Source: Octopus sinensis
Lineage: Eukaryota
Length of the DNA stretch: 64,000 nucleotides
NCBI RefSeq assembly: GCF_006345805.1
Contig: NC_043024.1
Location: 4,216,001 to 4,280,000 of the forward strand
Reading direction: 5' to 3'
Part shown: positions 48,898-62,307 of the stretch, piece by piece
Position numbering within the stretch: position 1 is the first letter of the stretch
Layout: every line of letters begins with the position of its first letter
Translations under genes and position numbers: made by a program
Notes under the pieces: model-generated
The model's input: the letters and a program-made list of their open reading frames with translations, nothing else
Databases searched by the model: none
What the model was told of the DNA's origin: nothing

Positions 48898-49575
48898 CCC
48901 CCGTGCAGGTGACACGTAAAAGCACCATCCATTCGTAGCCGTTTGCCAGCCCTGTCTGGCCCCCGTGTCGGTGGCACGTAAAAGCACCAGCCGTTTGTGT
49001 TCGTTGCCAGCCTGGCCTGGCCCCCGTGCCGGTGACACGTAAAAGCACCATCCGTTTGTGGCCGTTTGCCAGCTCTGTCTGGCCCCCGTGCCGGTGACAG
49101 GTAAAAGCACCATCCGTTCGTGGCCGTTTGCCAGCCCTGTCTGGCACCCATGTCGGTGACATGTAAAAGCACCATCCGTTCTTGGCCGTTTGCCAGCCCT
49201 GTCTGGCACCCATGTCGGTGACATGTAAAAGCACCATCCGTTCGTGTCCGTTGCCAGCCTGGCCTGGCCCCCGTGCCGGTGACACCTAAAAGCACCATCC
49301 GTTCGTGGCCGTTTGCCAGCCCTGTCTGGCCCCCGTGTCGGTGGCATGTAAAAGCACCATCCGTTCGTGTCCATTGCCAGCCTGGCCTGGCCCCCGTGCC
49401 GGTGACACGTAAAAGCACCATCCGTTCGTGGCCGTTTGCCAGCCCTGTCTGGCCCCCGTGTCGGTGGCATGTAAAAGCACCATCCGTTCGTGTCCGTTGC
49501 CAGCCTCGCCTGGCCCCCGTGCCGGTGACACGTAAAAGCACCATCCGTTCGTGGCCGTTTGCCAGCTCTGTCTGG
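48898..49575 (+). repeat. GC-rich minisatellite, 11 units of 61-62 bp, derived from the RTE 3' UTR
   Basis: Unit starts 48898, 48960, 49021, 49083, 49145, 49207, 49268, 49330, 49391, 49453, 49514; runs directly into an RTE 3' end. Confidence 0.95.
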
Positions 49576-49770
49576 CACCTGTGCGGGTGGCACGTAAAAA
49601 GCACCCACTACACTCACGGAGTGGTTGGCGTAAGGAAGGGCATCCAGCCGTAGAAACACTGCCAGATCTGACTGGGCCTGATGAAGCCTTCCAGCTTCAC
49701 AGACCCCAGTTGAACCGTCCAACCCATGCTAGCATGGAGAACGGACGCTAAATGATGATGATGATGATAT
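49576..49770 (+). mobile_element. RTE 3' end with (GAT)n tail
   Basis: Matches 9745-9937. Confidence 0.9.
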
Positions 49771-49916
49771 GATGATATATATATATATATGTATATTGAA
49801 GCTTAGGAAATGTTTTTCAACGATATACGGTGTATATTACTTTAAAGACAATTGCGGATTTTTTTTTTCGTTACAAAACAATTAGAAGCACTGAAAAAAA
49901 AGCAAAAAGGACAGTC

Positions 49917-50775
49917 AAACATTTTTTTTTTCAAAGTAGACCACTACAGGCGACAATTCACTTGTGTTAACTGTGAATAGCTACGGCAAACTGCAGCATG
50001 AAAATTCAAAAAAAAGTTTTAAAAAATTGGCTTAACCCCTCCCCAAAAAAGTAATTTTACTGTAGGCTTCACCAGGAAAACCGGTTACTGGTGACAAGCT
50101 AACAACGTGGGGTCAGAATTTAGTTGCCAGGCAGATAGAGGAAGGGTAGTACAGTGACAGATCACAGACGAAGATAACACTAATTGCCTCGTATGAAATG
50201 GTTCACTGCCTTAATTTATGGGGCTCCTGTCAACGACCAAGTCTCTTCAATGTAAATTTATAGTAACCAAATTTCCCCCACGTAGAAATAAAACATTTCT
50301 ATGAAGTAAAGGGTCACTTTACGTCTGGTTAAAAATAAACTCCTTTGATCAGGTCTGCACGACCAGGGCAGTCTTGGGACTGAGAACTGTTCAGCTGAAG
50401 TTAAAGACGAGAGTTCAGTTGGGTCTTTGGAGAAACTGAAAACAAGGAGCAAACACAGACCTTGTACAACTTCGGTCAAGAGATATCTTCCACCGAGCTG
50501 AACAATGCAGTATTGGATTTATAACAAAGCGGGATGGCCACGACCAAAATGTCTAATAATTTAGGGTTGGTCAGGGGTTAAATTCCAGTTGAAAGAGAAC
50601 GAGCATAGCTGAATGGTTAACGAAGTTTGCCGTAGCTATTCAAAGTAAACACAAGTGAATTGTCGCCTGTAGTGGTCTACTTTGAAAAAAAATGTTTTGC
50701 ATACGCAAGTCGCTGTAGGATCGACTGGCTAGCGCGGATGCGCGTACCGAGTCCAGTCTACGCGACTAGTACCCC
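49917..50775. mobile_element. Longer DNA-transposon derivative of the GGTAC family with internal ~75-bp inverted repeats
   Basis: 49917-49992 is the reverse complement of 50624-50697; 50700-50775 matches the right end of 8193-8385. Confidence 0.6.
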
Positions 50776-50829
50776 ACCCGTATTCCTTTTTATTATGGGT
50801 GGCTATGGCTTCTACCATACGATTTTCCT

Positions 50830-51370
50830 CTCATTTTACAAATAAATTTCCTCTATATCACATGTAACATCCGATCATAGGTTTTCAGAAACAACAAATC
50901 AACATTTCAGTTTGGAAGTTATTAATTAAGACGAGGTACGTTCTGAGTTCAAATTCCGTCGAGGCTGACGTTAACCTTTTGTTTCCTTCTGGGTCGATAA
51001 ATTAAGTACCAGTTAAATATTGAAGCCGATGTAATCGACTATTGACCTCCCTCAAATTTCAGGTCTTGTATCTAAAGAAGAAAATATTATTTAAGACGAA
51101 TTAATATATTTTCCTTATATTTTTATGTTTTCGCTTCGAAATAATTACTGTAACATCGAAAGATTCACAGAATTCTATGATTTACAATATTATTATTAGT
51201 ATTATTATCATCATTAAAGCCTTAAAGTAAATCTTTGTCAACTTACCCTGTTCAGATAGAAACTGCGAGTCAGCGATCGCTAATTAAGCACCTTAATTAA
51301 TAATTGGAGCTTGGTTGATGTAGTGTAGAAGTTATTTCCCTTTGTATGATTGTATTTCTTGAATTCTCCA
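50830..51370 (-). promoter_or_regulatory. Predicted exon-1/promoter block of ZNF3, with an S2 fragment at 50935-51090
   Basis: Paralogous to 43880-44290; donor at 51246. Confidence 0.5.
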
Positions 51371-51436
51371 ATAGATGTCTCTACTGACTGGTTAGATTTC
51401 GTTCCAGCACCTTTGTCTGTTCCCTTATATTAACTA

Positions 51437-51810
51437 CCAGCTGTATAACCTGGCGTTGCTCGGGTTCTTTTAGACCCTTTAGAATTGGAATTTTTGAAAA
51501 GTAAAAATGTTGCATTATGTAGCTTGTTATTCTCTTAAAGTGAACATTTTTCTGGTTGAAATACACCGAAAAATGGTGACACAACAGTCAAAAAATCGTA
51601 AAAAATAGGGATTTTCATAGCAAAAAAAGCACATTTTTTATGTAAATAATTTTGGTGTTAACATGGTCCAATTCGAATTTTATCTTCTACGGAAGGAAGA
51701 GCAAGCCTTCTTCTATCATACTCTCAAATTTGGTCAACTTGTGTCGCAGGGTCTCGGAGGAGATAGTGTTAGTTGAAGGCTACAAAACCTGCCACACACA
51801 CAACAACTTC
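51437..51810 (-). mobile_element. Helitron-type non-autonomous element
   Basis: CCAGCTGTATAACCTGGCGTTGCTCGGG resembles the CTAG plus hairpin end at 29498; body matches 9940-10170. Confidence 0.55.
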
Positions 51811-52250
51811 TTTCAGTTTCCGTCTACCGAATTCACTCACAAGGCAGTTTTGTGCTTTCATGGGCTCCTAAGGAGCGTTTTGTTCGAATACCTTGCTGCG
51901 CATTTGTTTTGGATTTTTAAATTCCTGGATTTTCCTGAAGAGAATGCTGCAAAATGGTCTCCTTATTCAATCCGAATTTGGAAATTTGCGGCCTTTGAAA
52001 CATGTGTAGAAAATAATAAAAGGAATTCTGTAGAATCTTCGTTCAGCTCCATTTCTTCCCTTCACTAAATATATTAAACTTCAATTATCCGCGCTAAGGC
52101 ACGGTTGCGACACCCCAAGGTCGTAACTTCAACCGTGTTTTTTCTGTTGTGATTTTTGCTACCCAGGTTTCGGTTAAATTTTGAAAAATCCTTAACAACA
52201 TAATTCATTTATCCATTTCAATAAAAATATATATATATATATATATATAC

Positions 52251-52281
<31 letters not shown>

Positions 52282-52289
52282 ATATATAC

Positions 52290-52339
<50 letters not shown>

Positions 52340-52372
52340 CACATATATATATACATATATATATATATACAT

Positions 52373-52708
52373 GTGCATGGCTCAGTGGTTAGAGCGTCGA
52401 GCTTATGATCGTGAGGTTGTGAGCTCGAATCCCGGACCGGGCTGCGTGTTGTATTCTTGAGCAAGGCACTTTATTTCACGTTGCTCCAGTTCATGCAGCT
52501 GTAGAAATGAGTTGCGACGTCAGAGGTGCCAAGCTGTATCGACCTTTGTCTTTCCCTTGGATAACACTGGTGGCGTGGAGAGGGGAGGCTGGTATGCATG
52601 GGCGACTGCTGGTCTTCCATAAACAACCTTGCCCGGACTTGTGTCTAGGAGGGTAACTTTCTAGGTGCAATCCCATGGTCATTCATGACCGAAGGGGGTC
52701 TTTACCCT
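52373..52708 (+). mobile_element. SINE S4
   Basis: Matches 4352-4700. Confidence 0.88.
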
Positions 52709-52709
52709 T

Positions 52710-52723
52710 ATACATATATATAC

Positions 52724-52772
<49 letters not shown>

Positions 52773-53038
52773 CACATATATATATATATATATACACACA
52801 TATAATATATACATATATATATATACACATATATATATATATACACATACATATATATATACATATATATATATATACATATATATTATATACGTATATA
52901 TATACATATATATATACATATATATATACATATATATATGTACATTTATATATATATACATACATATATATACATATTATATATGTAATATAATATATAC
53001 ATATATATATACATATATATATACATATATATATGTAC

Positions 53039-53087
<49 letters not shown>

Positions 53088-53178
53088 CATATATACATAT
53101 ATATATATATACATATATATACATATATATTATATACATACAATATATATATAGACATATATATATATATATATACAC

Positions 53179-53211
<33 letters not shown>

Positions 53212-53474
53212 CACATAATATATATACACATATATATATATTTATATATACACATATATATATATTTATATATACACATAATATATAATATCACACACAT
53301 ATATATATATACACATATATATATATATACATACATATATATACATATATATATAATATATATATATATATAATATATATATATATATAATAATATATAT
53401 ATATATATTATATTATATATATATACATATATATATATACATATATATATATATACATATATATATATACATAT
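52710..53474. repeat. (TA)n/(TACA)n microsatellite
   Basis: Direct reading. Confidence 0.95.
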
Positions 53475-53890
53475 AGGCGCAGGAGTGGCCGTGTGGTAAG
53501 TAGCTTGCTAACCAACCGCATGGTTCTGGGTTCAGTCCCACTGCGTGGCATCTTGGGCAAGTGTCTTCTGCTATAGCCCCGGGCCAACCAATGCCTTGTG
53601 AGTGGATTTGGTAGACAGAAACTGAAAGAAGCCTGTCGTATATATGTGTGTATATATATATGTATATGTGTGTTTGTGTGTCTGTGTTTGTCCCCCTAGC
53701 ATTGCTTGACAACCGATACTGGTGTGTTTATGTCCCCGTCACTTAGCGGTTCGGCAAAAGAGACCGATAGAATAAGTACTGGGCATACAAAGAATAAGTC
53801 CCGGGGTCGAGTTGCTCGATTAAAGGTGGTGCTCCAGCATGGCCGCAGTCAAAATGACTGAAACAAGAAAAAAGAAAGAAAAGAAAGAAA
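53475..53890 (+). mobile_element. SINE S1, full length
   Basis: Complete match. Confidence 0.9.
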
Positions 53891-53898
53891 GAAAAAGA

Positions 53899-53930
<32 letters not shown>

Positions 53931-54279
53931 CACACATATATATATATACACACACATATATATATATACACACATATATATATATTACACACCCATATAT
54001 ATATATATACACATATATATATATATATACATATATATATACATATTATATATATATACATATATATATATATACATATATATTCTATATATATACATAT
54101 ATATCTATATATATATACATATATATATCTATGTATATACATATATATATATATCTATGTATACCTATATATATATATATATAATATATATATATATCTA
54201 TTATATACATATATATATATCTATATATATACATATATAGATATATATATATCTATATAGATACATATATAGATATATT

Positions 54280-55188
54280 TGGGCCGAAAAGAATAGCATG
54301 CAGTTCAATGCTGAAAAGTTTCAAGCTCTATACTATCAGCATGCAAAACTAAATGCAATACCCAATGAATACACTGGACCCGGAGGAATAGCAATCCCAG
54401 AGGCACAATCAGTGCGTAACCTAGGTATTTACATGAGTGATGACGCGACCTTTCGTGTACATGTTGCTAAATTGGCAATGAAATGTAGACGACTGGCCGG
54501 ATGGATCCTCAGAACCTTTCGAACAAGAGAACAAGAAACCATGATGGTCCTCTGAAGGACACTTGTCCTAAGCCACTTTGACTACTGCTCTCAGTTATGG
54601 TCACCATCCAGTGTCAAGTTGATCACAGAGCTCGAGGCGATCCAACGTAGCTACACGAAGAAGATAGCCTCTATGCAGAATGTAAGCTACTGGGAAAGAC
54701 TCAAGAGATTAAAACTATATTCCTTGGAGCGTAGGCGGGAAAGATATGCCATAATATACATCTGGAAGATCCTGGAGGGACGTGTCCTGAACTTTGGCAT
54801 CGAGAGTTACGCAAATGCCAGAACTGGGCGCCACTGCATGGTGCCTAGGACTCCAAACTTGCCATCAAGATGTAGGACAAGATTCTGTGATAGCCTGGTC
54901 TTCCGAGGCCCACAGCTCTTCAATATCCTCCCAAAGAACCTGAGAGACCTGCATGGGGTGGATGCAGATGTCTTTAAAATGAAGCTGGATCTCTTCCTGT
55001 CAGGTGTCCCAGATGAACCAACTTCACGGCAGGAGGGGCAGATGAGGGCAGCTGCATCGAACTCTCTCATGCACCAAATGGCAGTTGCTAGAAAGCTTTC
55101 GTGAAGTGAAACCAAGTAGCAACACCAAATGGCGGTGTCCCAGCATGGCCACAGCTCATAAGCTGAAACTAGAATCAATCAATCAATC
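54280..55188 (+). pseudogene. 5'-truncated CR1-type LINE (RT C-terminus and 3' UTR)
   Basis: MQFNAEKFQ, DYCSQLWSP, RLKLYSLERRRER, FKMKLDLFL; one in-frame stop at 54553-54555; (AATC)n tail. Confidence 0.85.
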
Positions 55189-55236
55189 ATATATATGTAT
55201 ATATATACATATACATATATATATATATACATATAC

Positions 55237-55267
<31 letters not shown>

Positions 55268-55356
55268 CATATACATATATATATATACATATATATATAC
55301 ATATATACATATACATATATATATATACATATACATATATATATATATACGCACAC

Positions 55357-55397
<41 letters not shown>

Positions 55398-55426
55398 CAT
55401 ATATATATATATACACATATATATAC

Positions 55427-55463
<37 letters not shown>

Positions 55464-55510
55464 CATATATATATACATATATATATATACATATATACAT
55501 ACATATATAC

Positions 55511-55559
<49 letters not shown>

Positions 55560-55576
55560 CATATATATATATATAC

Positions 55577-55611
<35 letters not shown>

Positions 55612-55616
55612 CATAT

Positions 55617-55650
<34 letters not shown>

Positions 55651-55691
55651 ATATATATATATAATATATACATATATATATACATATATAC

Positions 55692-55742
<51 letters not shown>

Positions 55743-55745
55743 TAC

Positions 55746-55810
<65 letters not shown>

Positions 55811-55850
55811 CATATATATATAATATATACATATATATATATATATATAC

Positions 55851-57072
<1,222 letters not shown>

Positions 57073-57077
57073 ATATA

Positions 57078-57114
<37 letters not shown>

Positions 57115-57147
57115 TATACAATATATATATACATTATATATATTATA

Positions 57148-57196
<49 letters not shown>

Positions 57197-57211
57197 TATA
57201 TATATATACAC

Positions 57212-57242
<31 letters not shown>

Positions 57243-57280
57243 CATATATATATAATATACATATATATATATATATACAC

Positions 57281-57342
<62 letters not shown>

Positions 57343-57348
57343 CATACA

Positions 57349-57382
<34 letters not shown>

Positions 57383-57394
57383 CATATATATAAA

Positions 57395-59575
57395 TTATTA
57401 AATCGTTAAAAATGTTTTAGCCCGAAGGCCGCGACCATGCTGGGGCACCACCGCTGAAAGAGCTACACTAATTTGTGAATCCACCTCTGATACGTGGCAC
57501 TTGATCAACAAGGGAGTTCGATGCTGCTGCCCGCATCCGCGTTTCCCGTTGTGAGGTAGGCTCATCTGGGACTCCCAACAAGAAGCGATCCAGTTTAGTT
57601 TTAAAGAAACCTACATCCACACCATGTAAGTCTCTCAGGCATTTAGGGAGGATGTTAAAGAGCTGTGGTCCTCTGAAACCCAAGCTGTTGCAGTATCTGG
57701 ACCTGTATTTTGATGGTGATGTTGGAATCCTTGGCACCATGCAGTGGCGCCCCGTTCTGCGGTTGGAGTAACTTTTAATGCCAAAGTTTGGGACAAGACC
57801 CTCCAGGATTTTCCAGATGTATATCACCGCATATCTCTCCCGCCTCCGCTCTAGGGAGAAGAGGTTTAATACCTTCAGTCTTTCCCAGTAGCTGATATTT
57901 TGCATTGAGACGATTTTCTTTGTGTAGCTTCTCTGAATTGCTTCGAGTTCTGCTGTTAGTTTTATATTGTGTGGTGACTAAAGTTGGGAGCAGTAGTCCA
58001 AGCGGCTGAGGATGAATGTTTTCCATAGGACCATCAGTGTCTCCTTCTCTCTTGTTCTGAAAGTTCGGAGAATCCATCCAGCTAGCCGTCTGTATTTTAT
58101 CACCAGATTAGCAATATGCATTTGGAAAGATGCATCATTGCTCATGTCAATGCCCAGGTCACGCACTGATTTTGACTCAGGGATTGCAATTCTTCCTGGG
58201 CCAGTGTATCCAGTCTTCACGTCATTTACCTTTGTGTGCCAGTAGCGCAGGGCCTGGAACTTACCTGCATTAAACTGCATGTTGTTGTCCTCAGCCCACC
58301 TGTATATTGTGTCCAGCTCATGTTGCAGATGCGCAATATTTTCAGGGTTTTGTATTGCGTGGGAGACTTTTGTGTCATCTGCATAGCTAGCAAGGGTGGT
58401 CATCGTAGCAACTGAAGGCATGTCTGAAAGGGCCACTATGAACATCAGTGGCCCCAAGACAGTGCCCTGTGGGACACCGCTTGTTATTTGCGTTTCCTTG
58501 GAGGTGGCTCCATTGCTCACAACTGCCTGTTTTCTGTCTTTTAGGAAGTTGTGCAGCCACTCTCCAAGTTTCCCGCCTATGCCGAGACCACGCAGTTTGT
58601 GACAGATCATACCATGGTCGACCTTATCAAAGGCTTTTGCAAAGTCGAGATATATTACATCCACATTTGAGCCATTTAGTAGCTGTTTCAACACCCAGTC
58701 ATAGTGTTGCAGGAGCTGTGTTAGGCAGCCTCTACCTGGTCGAAATCCATGCTAGGTGTCAGACAGCAAGTCATTTTCTTCAAGGAACATGATTAGTTTC
58801 TTACGGACTATTCGTTCCATGACTTTGCTGATGTGTGAGGTCAGAGAGATAGGCCTATAATTTTTAGCATCTGCTCTGCTACCTCCCTTATGGATAGGGC
58901 ATATTACCCCCTCTTTCAATTTGACTGGGAGCTTACCACTTGCAAGAAAGCTCTGAAAAAGAAGCTGTAGCGGTTTTGCAAGGGCTCGTTTGCACGATTT
59001 GAGAAGGATCGCTGGGAATCCATCAGGTCCAGCAGCTGAGTTTGTGTCAATCTCATCAATGGCTAGTGTGATATCATCATCTTCGATGTTGATGTACTCA
59101 ATTTTTGTCTCTTTGGCCGCAGGTAAAGTGGCAAAGAATTCTTCTGGGTTGTTTACTTGCCTGTGTCCTAGAGGTGTAGTGAACACACTTTGGAACTGTT
59201 CGTTCAGTATTTCACTTATCCTCGTGGGATTTCCTGTGAGAGAGCCATCTTTTTGGAAGAGAGGTCCTATTCTCTGGTGCACTGTGGCTGTCTCTTTGGC
59301 AAACTTAAAGAAAGCTTTAGGGTTTGATTTTATATTTTCTATTACCCAAGCTTCTTTATCTGCTCTCTCCTTTTCATGGGACTGATGTAGACATTTCTCA
59401 GTTTCCATTAGCATTCTTTCGAGCCGAGACTTCTCACCACTTTTGGTGTGCTTGCTCAGGCGGTTTGCAATCCTTGTCCGTCGTCTCATAAGAATCCTCC
59501 TTTCTCTAGGGATCCTGTTTTTGTTCTTGTGTGTGCTGGCCCTGCACACTGGGACATATTTGTCACATATGGCTT
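57395..59575 (-). pseudogene. 5'-truncated CR1-type LINE; ~700-codon RT frame with two nonsense codons (58752-58754, 57978-57980)
   Basis: [51 protein letters not shown]; the three track ORFs are in phase. Confidence 0.9.
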
Positions 59576-59666
59576 GTATATATATATATATGGCTTGTAT
59601 ATATATATACATATATATATATATACACATATATATATATATACACACACACACATATATATATAC

Positions 59667-59701
<35 letters not shown>

Positions 59702-59805
59702 CACACACATATATATATATATACACATATATATATATATACACACACATATATATATATACATATACATATATATATATATATATATATTTATTATATA
59801 GAAGG

Positions 59806-59856
59806 AGCTTCTACAGGACTAGTACTGTTTCATTCAAGAGAAATCTTCAGGAAGCT
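59806..59856 (-). ncRNA. Type I hammerhead motif, family A
   Basis: As 17396-17446, with stem III loop UACUAGUC. Confidence 0.75.
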
Positions 59857-59902
59857 CCTGAAGATTTCTCTTGAATGAAACAGTACTAGTCCTGTAGAAG
59901 CT
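59853..59902 (+). ncRNA. Type I hammerhead motif, family A (stem I with one bulge)
   Basis: AGCUC-CUGAAGA...GAA-ACAG-UACUAGUC-CUGU-A-GAAGCU. Confidence 0.65.
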
Positions 59903-59985
59903 CCTTCTATATAATAAATTAATTTTACTCTGCTATGTATTGAGTACCTTACTTACTGTGGTTAACCCCGGATCAACCCGGGACC

Positions 59986-59987
<2 letters not shown>

Positions 59988-60035
<48 letters not shown>

Positions 60036-60374
60036 TATATATATATACACATGTATATATATACATATATATATATACATATATATATATACATATATAT
60101 ATTATATATATATATATATATATAACATATATATATATATACATATACATATATATATATACATATATATATAATATACACATATATATATATATACACA
60201 TATATATATATATATATATACACTATATATATATATATATACCACATATATATATATATATATATATATAACACACATATAATATATATCACACATATAT
60301 ATATATATATTACATATATATATATATACACATATATATATACATATATATATATTATATATATATATACACAC

Positions 60375-60414
<40 letters not shown>

Positions 60415-60653
60415 TATATATATACATATATATATATACATATATATATATACACACATATATATATATATATATATATACAACATATATATATATATAT
60501 ACACATATATATATTATATATATATACACACATATATATATATACACATATATATATATATATACATATATATATACACATATATATATATATATATACA
60601 CATATATATATATATATATATACATATATATATACATATATACACATATATAT
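59988..60653. repeat. (TA)n/(TACA)n microsatellite
   Basis: Direct reading. Confidence 0.95.
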
Positions 60654-60871
60654 CAGATCGCCATGTTGATTCGTTAGTTACTGCACGCATTTTTTTTCTC
60701 TCCTTCTTTCTGTGTTTTTTTTCTCTCTGTGTATCTTTCTGTTGAAGAGCGTAGGCTCGAAACGTTAAAGACTTGTTTTATTTATATTTCCTGAGCGCCA
60801 TACTAATACAATTGTTTGTTTGTTTTCCACCTGCCTTCGTCTTTTGTCTATTTTCATAAAGCTTCCCGTTA
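60654..60871 (+). mobile_element. PLE family C terminal fragment
   Basis: Reverse complement of 25652-25915. Confidence 0.8.
60734..60771 (+). ncRNA. Minimal type I hammerhead motif, family C (CUGUUGA core)
   Basis: Identical to the copy at 25787-25824. Confidence 0.6.
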
Positions 60872-60888
60872 TATACATATATACACAC

Positions 60889-60961
<73 letters not shown>

Positions 60962-61202
60962 CATATATACATATATATACATATATACATATATATACAT
61001 ATATATACATATATACAAAGCAATAAAGGGTTTAGCAACGAATTGCCTTACCACATACCGAATTTAGAAATAGCAGTCAAAGAGTTATAGCTATTTCTTC
61101 TACTAAAAAGGGAGATCTCAGTAAAAACAGCAATTGGAAGGCAGACACAAACAGGTAAGAGAGAATGAATTGACGGCAATCTATCATACAATTTTAAGTT
61201 AT

Positions 61203-61300
61203 CTACGGACGTACGTTTCGAAATCAAGTTTTTAGGAAAGGATAAGAATTAAATATTAAATAATTCTATCTTACCGAAACTTCTTTTCTCTTCAGCGTAG
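61203..61300 (-). ncRNA. Type I hammerhead motif, family B (inverted-arm copy)
   Basis: Reverse complement of 61787-61884. Confidence 0.75.
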
Positions 61301-61786
61301 AATACTATAATCATAAATGATTATATATTGAATTTTGAGATACTAGAAGGCACCAACTCAACTCAGTATCAGAGCGAGCTAGAATCCGCAACTAGTATCA
61401 CCAAATTCAATGCGTGAATGAAAAGATTGTGACACCAGCCCCTTCCCACCCTTTATTGCTAAACCCTTTATTGCTTAGTATTACTTAAATTCTCCTCGAA
61501 TGAGGCTTTTACATGCCGAAGACTACTTGGTGTAATTGATAATTATTCCAAATTAATTAATTTCACCCTTCATTATTACGGATAACCATATTTTATCTCA
61601 GTAGATGACCACAGCATCTTGTTTTGGCTACACGCGGGTGGGAAGGGGCTGGTGACACAATCTTTTCATTCACGCATTGAATTTGGTGATACTAGTTGCG
61701 GATTCTAGCTCGCTCTGATACTGAGTTGAGTTGGTGCCTTCTAGTATCTCAAAATTCAATATATAATCATTTATGATTATAGTATT

Positions 61787-61884
61787 CTACGCTGAAGAGA
61801 AAAGAAGTTTTGGTAAGATAGAATTATTTAATATTTAATTCTTATCCTTTCCTAAAAACTTGATTTCGAAACGTACGTCCGTAG
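61787..61884 (+). ncRNA. Type I hammerhead motif, family B, canonical core with long stem II (predicted cleavage after A61875)
   Basis: CUACG-CUGAAGA-GAAA...(AAGUUU/AAACUU and GAUAGAAUUA/UAAUUCUUAUC helices)...UUUC-GAAAC-GUA-CGU(CCGUAG). Confidence 0.8.
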
Positions 61885-62252
61885 ATAACTTAAAATTGTA
61901 TGATAGATTGCCGCCAATTCATTCTCTCTTACCTGTTTGTGTCTGCCTTCCAATTGCTGTTTTTACTGAGATCTCCCTTTTTAGTAGAAGAAATAGCTAT
62001 AACTCTTTGACTGCTATTTCTAAATTCGGTATGTGGTAAGGCAATTCGTTGCTAAACCCTTTATTGCTTAGTATTACTTAAATTCTCCTCGAATGAGGCT
62101 TTTACATGCCGAAGACTACTTGGTGTAATTGATAATTATTCCAAATTAATTAATTTCACCCTTCATTATTACGGATATACATATATACATATATATACAT
62201 ATATATACATATATATATATATACATATATACATATATATTATATATATAAC

Positions 62253-62289
<37 letters not shown>

Positions 62290-62307
62290 CATATATATGC
62301 GAATAGT

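Larger units (their letters stand above)
47144..51246 (-). other. Predicted 5'-UTR intron of ZNF3
   Basis: Acceptor CTTCTTTTCCTATTTCAG at 47144; donor CAGG|GTAAGT at 51246. Confidence 0.5.
59790..59987. mobile_element. PLE-type terminus family A with a 62-bp perfect fold-back
   Basis: 59790-59851 is the reverse complement of 59857-59918; then the same 3' end (GGGACCTAC into (TA)n) as 17311. Confidence 0.85.
61018..62177. mobile_element. Family B element: 434-bp inverted arm plus ~1.2 tandem copies of a 593-bp non-coding unit
   Basis: 61018-61451 is the reverse complement of 61636-62069; 61456-61584 repeats at 62049-62177 (period 593). Confidence 0.85.

Noticed and set aside
48845-49722. Repeat array as a CRISPR locus or as a repeat-protein gene
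   Set aside because: No unique spacers, units are contiguous, eukaryotic context, and the unit derives from the RTE 3' UTR; ORFs arise from periodicity.
58752-59750. 332-aa ORF as a host gene with a low-complexity N-terminus
   Set aside because: The N-terminus is microsatellite read-through into a 5'-truncated CR1-type RT.
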